Part shown: piece after piece, positions 24,575 through 30,409 of the stretch
Position numbering within the stretch: position 1 is the stretch's first letter
Layout of the letters: each line of letters opens with the position of its first letter
Origin: an uncultured Planctomycetales bacterium
GTDB taxonomy: Bacteria > Planctomycetota > PLA2 > JAEUHO01
Reading direction: 5' to 3'
NCBI GenBank assembly: GCA_964546345.1
Contig: CAZJJQ010000001.1
Coordinates: 1-30,409 of the forward strand
DNA length: 30,409 nt
Translations under genes and position numbers: made by a program
The notes under the pieces: generated by a model
Database searches by the model: none
What the model was told of the DNA's origin: nothing
Seen by the model: the letters and a program-made list of their open reading frames with translations, nothing else

Positions 24575-27500
24575 ATGCTCAACTGGATCATCGAAGTCTC
24601 TCTCCGGCACCGGAAGCTGGTGCTGGTCCTCTCCGCCCTCGTCGCGGCGCTGGGCGTCTACTCCGTCCAGCACCTGTCGGTCGACGCCTTCCCCGACGTC
24701 ACCGATGTCATGGTGCAGATCAACACCGTCGCCCCCGCGCTGGGGCCCGCAGAGGTCGAGCAGCAGATCAGCGCGAAGGTCGAGCAGGTGATGGGCGGGC
24801 TGCCCCGCCTGAAGCTGGTCCGGTCCATGTCGAAGTTCGGGCTCTCGCAGGTGACGCTCGTCTTCGAGGACGGGACCGACATCTACTTCGCCCGCGCCCA
24901 GGTGCTCGAGCGGCTGCAGGCGGTGGAGCTTCCACAGGGCCTCGAGCGGCCCACGATGGGGCCAGTAGCGACGGGCCTTGGGGAGATCTACCACTTCCTC
25001 GTGACGGCGCCGGGGGGCGACCTTGGCGACACACGCACGCTCACGGACTGGGTGATCAAGCCACAGCTCCTCTCCGTGCCGGGTGTCGCCGAGGTGAACG
25101 CCTGGGGCGGCCTCGAGATGCAGTTTCAAATCGTCATCGACCCGATGCGCCTCGTGAAGTACGGGCTCGCCGCACGAGACGTGGTGGAGGCGGTCGAGCG
25201 GTCGAACGCAAACGTTGGGGGAGGGCTCGCGCGCGCCTCGGGCGAGGACTTGCTGGTGCACGGGGTCGGCATCGTGACCAACGAGGCCCAGATCGGCGCG
25301 ATCCCGATCCGCTCCGAGGACGGGCGCTCGGTCCGCGTCCGTGACGTCGCCGACGTCGTCCGCGGGCACGAGACCCGCCGGGGCGTCGTCACGGCGGACG
25401 GCCGGGGCGAGGTGGTGCTCGGGCTCGGGTTCATGCTGATGGGCGAGAACTCCCACGTCGTCGCCGGGCGCTTGCGGGAGAAGATGGAGGAGGTGAAGAA
25501 GACCCTGCCCGAGGGGACGAAGATCGACGTCGTCTACGACCGGACAGACCTCGTCGATCACGTGATCGGGACGGTGAAGCGCAACCTCTTCGAGGGCGCG
25601 CTCCTGGTGATCGCCGTGTTGTTCGTCTTCCTGGGCAACTTCCGGGCCGCGCTCATCGTCGCCGCGGCCATTCCGCTGTCGATGCTCTTCGCGTTCAGCC
25701 TCATGGTCCGCGCGGGGATCGCAGGCACCCTCATGAGCCTGGGTGCCCTCGACTTCGGCCTGATCGTCGACAGCTCCGTCATCATGATCGAGAACTCGGT
25801 GCGCCACCTCGGCGCGGCACCTCCGGGACAATCGGTGGCCGAGATCGTCGCCCGCGCCTCGAAGGAGGTGCGCAAGCCGACGATGTTCGGCGAGCTGATC
25901 ATCATGATCGTCTACCTGCCGATCCTCGCCCTCGAGGGGGTCGAGGGGAAGCTCTTCAAGCCGATGGCCCTGACGGTTGTGTTCGCGCTGCTCGGCTCGA
26001 TGTTCTTCTCCCTGACCCTCATGCCGGTGCTCGCGAGCCTGGCGTTGGGACGCAGCGGACGCGCACATCACGAGCCGTGGGTCGTGCGAGTGTTCAAGTG
26101 GATGTATCGACCCCTCGTGCGATTCACCGTGGACCACCCGATCGTCACGATCAGTGCCGCCCTGATCGCGGTGGCCGGCACCGTGCCGATCGCCATGGGT
26201 CTTGGCTCCGTCTTCGTCCCCAAGCTCGACGAGGGATCCATCGTGATCAACACGGTGCGATTCCCCGGCGTCTCGGTGGACGAGAGCGTGCGCATAGGCA
26301 CCCGGATCGAGCGCTTGATGCTCGAGCAGTTCCCGAACGAGGTGGCACGCATCTGGACGCGGACGGGGACGCCGGAGGTGGCGACCGATCCCATGGGGCT
26401 GGAGGTGAGCGACGTGTTCGTGATGCTCCGGCCTCGCGAACGGTGGACCGCGGCCAGGACCCGTGAGGAGCTCGAGCAGAGGATGCGCGGCGTCCTGAAG
26501 TCGCTGCCCGGCATGGCCTTCTCGTTCACGCAACCCATCGAGATGCGGTTCAACGAGATGATCTCCGGCGTGCGCACCGACGTCGGGGTGAAGGTCTTCG
26601 GGGACGAGTACGACGTTCTCAAGGAGTTGGCCACGAAGGTCCAGACGATCCTCGCGGGCGTCCGCGGAGCCGCGGAGCCTGCCGTCGAGCCGGTCGCCGG
26701 CCAACCGGTCCTGGAGGTCACGCTGGACCAGGAAGCGCTGTCCCGGCACGGGCTGCAAGCGAAGGATGTCCTGGATCTCGTGGAAGCTGCGGGCGGGCTG
26801 GAGGTCGGCGAGATCCGCACCGGTCAGCGACGGCTCCCGCTGTCGATTCGCCTTCCGGAGAAGTTCGTCAACAACGTGGACGTCTTCTCCACGCTCATCG
26901 TTCCAACGCCGGATGGCCAGCGGCTGCCGCTCAAGAGCCTCGCCAAGGTCGAACGCCTGTCCGGTCCTCTGGTGATCAATCGAGAGTGGGGCAAGCGGCG
27001 GGTCGTGGTGACGACCAACGTCGTCGGCCGCGACCTCGGGAGCTTCGTGTCCGAGGCATCGGAGCGAATCGAGGAGAAGCTGGGCGACGAGCTTCGCAAG
27101 CGCGGCTGCCGCGTCGAATTCGGAGGTCAGTACGAGAATCTCGTTCGCGCCTCCAAGACGCTCAGCTACGTCGTGCCGATCGCGCTGCTGCTGATCCTCG
27201 TGCTGGTCTACTCCACGTACGGCAACGTGCGGGACTCGCTGCGTGTCTTCACCGGCGTACCCTTCTCTCTGGTCGGCGGGGTGCTCGCGCTCCACTTCCG
27301 CCACATGCCTCTGAGCATTTCGGCGGGAGTCGGTTTCATCGCTCTCGCCGGAGTCTCCGTCCTGGCCGACATGGTGATGGTCTCGACGATTCGCCAGATC
27401 CTCGCTCAGGGCGTCGGTGTTCGCCAGGCCGTGCTGGCCGCGGCCGAGCAACGTCTCCGCCCCGTGCTCATGACCGCCCTGGTCGCCAGCCTCGGCTTCA

Positions 27501-27745
27501 TCCCGATGGCCTTCAACACGGGCATCGGCTCGGAGGTGCAGCGGCCGCTGGCGACGGTCGTCATCGGCGGACTCATCTCCTCCACGATCCTGACGCTGTT
27601 CGTGCTTCCGACGCTGTTCGCGGCATTGCGCGTCCGTCAGCGACGGGAGCCATCGCCGCCGGAGCGACCCGCACCGGGGCAGGCCCCGGGCTCCGAGCCG
27701 GGCGTGCACGAGCCGTCGGCCGCCCCCCCCGCTGCGAAGCCATGA
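24575..27745 (+). CDS. czcA: CzcA-type heavy-metal efflux RND permease
   Basis: DAFPDVTDVMVQINT, MGPVATGLGEIY, TM4 SLGALDFGLIVDSSVIMIEN, FVPKLDEG, QPIEMRFNEMISG, RLRPVLMTALVASLGFIPMA, EVQRPLATVVIGG. Confidence 0.95.
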   Translation: MLNWIIEVSLRHRKLVLVLSALVAALGVYSVQHLSVDAFPDVTDVMVQINTVAPALGPAEVEQQISAKVEQVMGGLPRLKLVRSMSKFGLSQVTLVFEDGTDIYFARAQVLERLQAVELPQGLERPTMGPVATGLGEIYHFLVTAPGGDLGDTRTLTDWVIKPQLLSVPGVAEVNAWGGLEMQFQIVIDPMRLVKYGLAARDVVEAVERSNANVGGGLARASGEDLLVHGVGIVTNEAQIGAIPIRSEDGRSVRVRDVADVVRGHETRRGVVTADGRGEVVLGLGFMLMGENSHVVAGRLREKMEEVKKTLPEGTKIDVVYDRTDLVDHVIGTVKRNLFEGALLVIAVLFVFLGNFRAALIVAAAIPLSMLFAFSLMVRAGIAGTLMSLGALDFGLIVDSSVIMIENSVRHLGAAPPGQSVAEIVARASKEVRKPTMFGELIIMIVYLPILALEGVEGKLFKPMALTVVFALLGSMFFSLTLMPVLASLALGRSGRAHHEPWVVRVFKWMYRPLVRFTVDHPIVTISAALIAVAGTVPIAMGLGSVFVPKLDEGSIVINTVRFPGVSVDESVRIGTRIERLMLEQFPNEVARIWTRTGTPEVATDPMGLEVSDVFVMLRPRERWTAARTREELEQRMRGVLKSLPGMAFSFTQPIEMRFNEMISGVRTDVGVKVFGDEYDVLKELATKVQTILAGVRGAAEPAVEPVAGQPVLEVTLDQEALSRHGLQAKDVLDLVEAAGGLEVGEIRTGQRRLPLSIRLPEKFVNNVDVFSTLIVPTPDGQRLPLKSLAKVERLSGPLVINREWGKRRVVVTTNVVGRDLGSFVSEASERIEEKLGDELRKRGCRVEFGGQYENLVRASKTLSYVVPIALLLILVLVYSTYGNVRDSLRVFTGVPFSLVGGVLALHFRHMPLSISAGVGFIALAGVSVLADMVMVSTIRQILAQGVGVRQAVLAAAEQRLRPVLMTALVASLGFIPMAFNTGIGSEVQRPLATVVIGGLISSTILTLFVLPTLFAALRVRQRREPSPPERPAPGQAPGSEPGVHEPSAAPPAAKP

Positions 27746-27813
27746 AGTCCGCGTTCCGCCGGCCCATGCGCACTGGCGCACTCAGCAACCCATACCCCCC
27801 TCCCGGAGCTCCC

Positions 27814-28362
27814 ATGCGTATCGCCATCCTGGTCTTCTCGCTTGCCCTTCTCTCCGCTGCCGTTCCCGTGGGCGCAGTCCTCGCTCAGGACGCACCGGCA
27901 CCCGCCCCTGCGCCCAAGCTCGAGTGCCTCTACCTGGAGTTCGCGCCACTCTCGACCCTGGACGTGGTCACGGTCGGCAAAGCACTCACAGCCGTCGTAG
28001 GCGTCAAGTCCGCCGAGTGGACCGTCAGTGGATCCGAGGTGAAGGTGGTGCGTGAGGTCGGTGCTGCGGCGAGCGACGCGCTCATCGCCGCGGCGAAATA
28101 GGCCGGCGCGAAGTCTGCGGTCGTCGTGCCGATCAGGTCGACCGTGTTCGTGTTCGCAAAGCCGTTGCACTGCGCGGGGTGCATCGGAGCGGTCAACAAG
28201 GCGCTCCGAGACCTGAAGGGCGTCAAGGAGGTCGCGGTGACTGAGGCGCTCTCTACCGTGATCGTTGCGTACGACACTCGCACAGTGTCCCCGAGTGACG
28301 TCGAGTCCGCGCTCGTGGCCATCGGGAAGCCCGCCACCGCGGAGACCCCCAGCACCAGGTAG
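27814..28362 (+). pseudogene. Exported tandem HMA-fold protein interrupted by an in-frame TAG at codon 96 (28099-28101)
   Basis: Track ORFs ending 28101 and starting 28126 are in the same frame. Read through, they align end-to-end with 19406..19945 (YLEF, VVRE, GA..A.VVPI, LHCxxC, VAYD). Confidence 0.8.
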
Positions 28363-28667
28363 GCCGCGGCCCGCGCGGTCCGCCAGGATGATCCGGATCC
28401 GCAGTCCCGCCCTCCAGGCAGCGCTTCGAAGCCGTTGCACGCCGATCTCCCCGTCATCCACGGTCGAGAGCAACCGCGCCACACGGCCTCGATCGACGGC
28501 TTGCAGAGGCCGCAAGCGGATCGAAGAGGGACTCTCCCAGGCGGGGAGGCGTGAGCCTCCGCGCTGGTTGAGCCCGTCGGCCCCGACTCCGATCCGTGGC
28601 CGGGCGCCTTCGTCGAGGAACCGATTGGCGCGCCGGTCTCTGACGCGTTCGCGGACGGCGCCCGGAA

Positions 28668-29564
28668 CTACTTGGGCGGAAGGAGCGGCTCCCACACGGA
28701 GCGGATCGCGCGCGCGAGCTCGACAGCGTCTCCTTCGGCCGCGAAGTGGCAGAAGACGAGTTCGGGGCTCGTGCCGAGCATGTGGTTGTGGATCGCGACG
28801 ACTCGGATCCCGTGCTTTCGATAGCCGTCGATCGCCTGTTGAAGCTCGCTTCGCAGAAGGCAGGTATCACCCATGAGCATCGTGAATCCGCACTCGCAGG
28901 GCGCGAAACCAGCCCAGCAGGCGGGGACCGCGCCGGCCAGCACGGGCTTTCCGTCGAGCGTCGTTCCGAGGTGCGGGTGAGGCAGGCCGACCTTGTACAT
29001 GCCGTCTTCCAGCAGTGTCCCGGGACGGCCCATCGCGGCGGACACCGCGTTCCAATCTGGCTTCGGGGCCATCCGGTGCTCACGCTTGGGGAGTGGGTGC
29101 TCCTTCTTCATCTCATCCCACGCCTTGCGAATCGTGGTCGCGAGCGCAGACGTCGCGCCCCGTCCCTGAAAGTGAAGGAAGAAGAACGTCGGACTGCCAC
29201 CGAGCATGTGGTTGTGGATGGCGACGACCTCGATCCCGCCCGCTCGCAACGCGTCGAGGACCGGGTTGACCTCCTCGCCCAGGAGGCACGTGTCCCCCAC
29301 GACGGACGACTCCGCAGGCGTCCCCATGAACGCCGCGTACGTCAGGACCGAGGACGGTGGCACGGGGAAGCCGAACTCGTTCCGGAGCTGCGGCTGCGCG
29401 CGCGGAACGTCGATCCGGTAGGTTCCGTCAGGGAGCACCTTTCCCGCGATGCCGAGCAGGTCACCGATGGGCTTCCAGTCCGGAGCAGGGTCGTCCGCCC
29501 CCGCCGAGGTCAGAAGCCCGGCGACCCCAACGGCGACAGCGAGAACAACGAGGATCTTGCGCAT
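28668..29564 (-). CDS. Exported protein with two DUF1259 (LppY/LpqO-like) domains
   Basis: GGAG SD before ATG 29564; signal peptide; the motif GDTCLL...AIHNHMLG...FxHF occurs twice. Confidence 0.85.
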   Translation of the reverse strand: MRKILVVLAVAVGVAGLLTSAGADDPAPDWKPIGDLLGIAGKVLPDGTYRIDVPRAQPQLRNEFGFPVPPSSVLTYAAFMGTPAESSVVGDTCLLGEEVNPVLDALRAGGIEVVAIHNHMLGGSPTFFFLHFQGRGATSALATTIRKAWDEMKKEHPLPKREHRMAPKPDWNAVSAAMGRPGTLLEDGMYKVGLPHPHLGTTLDGKPVLAGAVPACWAGFAPCECGFTMLMGDTCLLRSELQQAIDGYRKHGIRVVAIHNHMLGTSPELVFCHFAAEGDAVELARAIRSVWEPLLPPK

Positions 29565-29775
29565 GACGACTCCGGAAGCAGAGGGCATGATTCTCGGGGT
29601 GGCCGAGGGGTGCACGGTACCCATTCCGCGCATGCTCGTCATGCGCGTAGGTATGGGTGGGGCGCCGGCAGCACCCGCCTGCGGGCGCTCCGCGACGGTC
29701 GCGATCGCGGTACCGCGTGCGCCACCAGCCCGGTTCGCGTCCCCTGCCCGCGAGCGGTCACGCAGGGGGTCAAGA

Positions 29776-30057
29776 TCAGAAGACGATCGTTCGGTCAGCC
29801 CACAAGGTCCAGTCGGTCAACTGGTCCATCGTGGAGCGCGCGGCCCCGTCGAGCAGGTCGCCCTCGGTGATCCCCCGCGCATCCATGCACGAGCCGCACA
29901 CGTCGATCTCGCCCTTGCGCGACGCGACCGTCAGCGGCATGTCCCCTACGTTGTAGTAGCCCGCGGGGACCTTCTGGCCGCGCCTGGCGCATGCGACGGC
30001 GTCACCCATCAAGAAGGCCCTCACAACCTCGCCCTCCCGGCGGGCGAGGCTGCCTGC
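29776..30057 (-). pseudogene. 5'-truncated DsrE/YchN-family sulfurtransferase-like gene
   Basis: AGSLARREGEVVRAFLMGDAVACA...GYYNV...VCGSCMDARG...STMDQLTDWTLWADRTIVF. The usual ~25-aa N-terminus (ILNDxPYGxExSYNxLRL-like) is absent in all three upstream frames. Confidence 0.75.
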
Positions 30058-30342
30058 CTCCACGGGGCGAACCGGTGCGCCCGAGCATGGCCGGCCCCCG
30101 GGTGTGCATGGCGGCCGGCCCCCCCGGTTGCTACTGACACGAGATGCTGCGGGCGAGCTAGGCCAGTTCATCGGGCGTCTAGCACCGGTCCACCTCGGCG
30201 TACAGCCGTCGGCGGCCGTCTCTGCCCTCCTGGCGACCGGCGAGGCAGCGACTTGGGAGGCGGCCTCGGCGCCCGTGAGGGGGGAACTCGACGAGGAAGC
30301 TCGAGCAGACCGTCCGGCCCGTGGCCCGCTCCGCGAGGACAG

Positions 30343-30409
30343 GCCGCCGCCGGCCTGCGCGCGGCCACCCTTGAGGAGGCGCGTGCGCGGGTGCGCGCGG
30401 CCCGTGCCG
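30343..30409 (+). pseudogene. Fragment of a paralog of the module-1 OMF C-terminus
   Basis: Encodes AAAGLRAATLEEARARVRAARA versus AAAGLRAATVEEARARTRAARA at 16957-17022 (20/22 identical). The upstream part of this frame is not OMF-like. Confidence 0.7.

Noticed and set aside
28099-28101. Pyrrolysine or genome-wide amber recoding
   Set aside because: TAG terminates at least nine intact genes in this window, only one internal TAG was seen, and no pyl genes are present.
28363-28667. GNAT-like fragment on the minus strand (LRPLQAVDRGRVARLL)
   Set aside because: No start or SD and no further acetyltransferase motifs; treated as intergenic.
29565-29775. A third leader ORF ahead of the DUF1259 gene (GAPPIPTRMTSM)
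   Set aside because: It is in frame with the gene with no separate stop, has no Cys/His cluster and no convincing start.
20660-30139. Composite transposon carrying module 2 between two TGT ends
   Set aside because: Both TGT termini point the same way (minus strand), share no extended similarity, and no target duplication is visible.
88-30368. Most long overlapping ORFs in the track (e.g. 598..1866-, 3902..5476-, 11805..13340-, 12347..15514+, 24431..27781-)
   Set aside because: They are antisense or off-frame shadows of real genes in very GC-rich DNA: Arg/Pro/Gly/Ala-rich, no motifs.
1-30409. tRNA, rRNA, tmRNA, RNase P or SRP RNA genes
   Set aside because: No cloverleaf or hallmark motifs (e.g. 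GGTTCGAATCC, GAGGAAAGTCC) found by eye; an Infernal or tRNAscan run would be needed to exclude them.

Overview
This is very GC-rich bacterial DNA. Several protein motifs resemble Planctomycetota, but that is an inference. The left third (1-9614) holds housekeeping-like genes: a truncated exported protein, a class V aminotransferase, a small hypothetical, a degenerate secretin-like protein, a PPC-domain trypsin-like protease, an atypical receiver protein, a trans-sulfuration PLP enzyme and a lysyl-oxidase-like lipoprotein. The rest is a ~19 kb heavy-metal island with two differently ordered efflux modules on the + strand. Module 1 is His/Cys-rich leader ORF, long MFP, RND, lipoprotein, OMF, P1B ATPase, tandem-HMA protein. 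Module 2 is Cys-rich leader ORF, OMF, Cys4 exported protein, CzcB, CzcA, tandem-HMA paralog with an internal TAG. A decayed IS21-like left end separates them. A DUF1259 protein, a 5'-truncated DsrE gene and a remnant of a paralog of the module-1 OMF follow. I found no metal-responsive transcription regulator in the island. Instead both modules open with a metal-ligand-rich leader ORF carrying a C-terminal RAPG/PP-type motif, whose last codons can base-pair with the Shine-Dalgarno of the next gene. This is a candidate metal-sensing translational switch and the most interesting signal here. Many first-in-unit genes also have a TANNNT hexamer 6-9 nt before the start codon and no SD, suggesting leaderless transcripts. 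I saw no CRISPR array, tRNA or rRNA. All family assignments come from motif recognition, not database searches.
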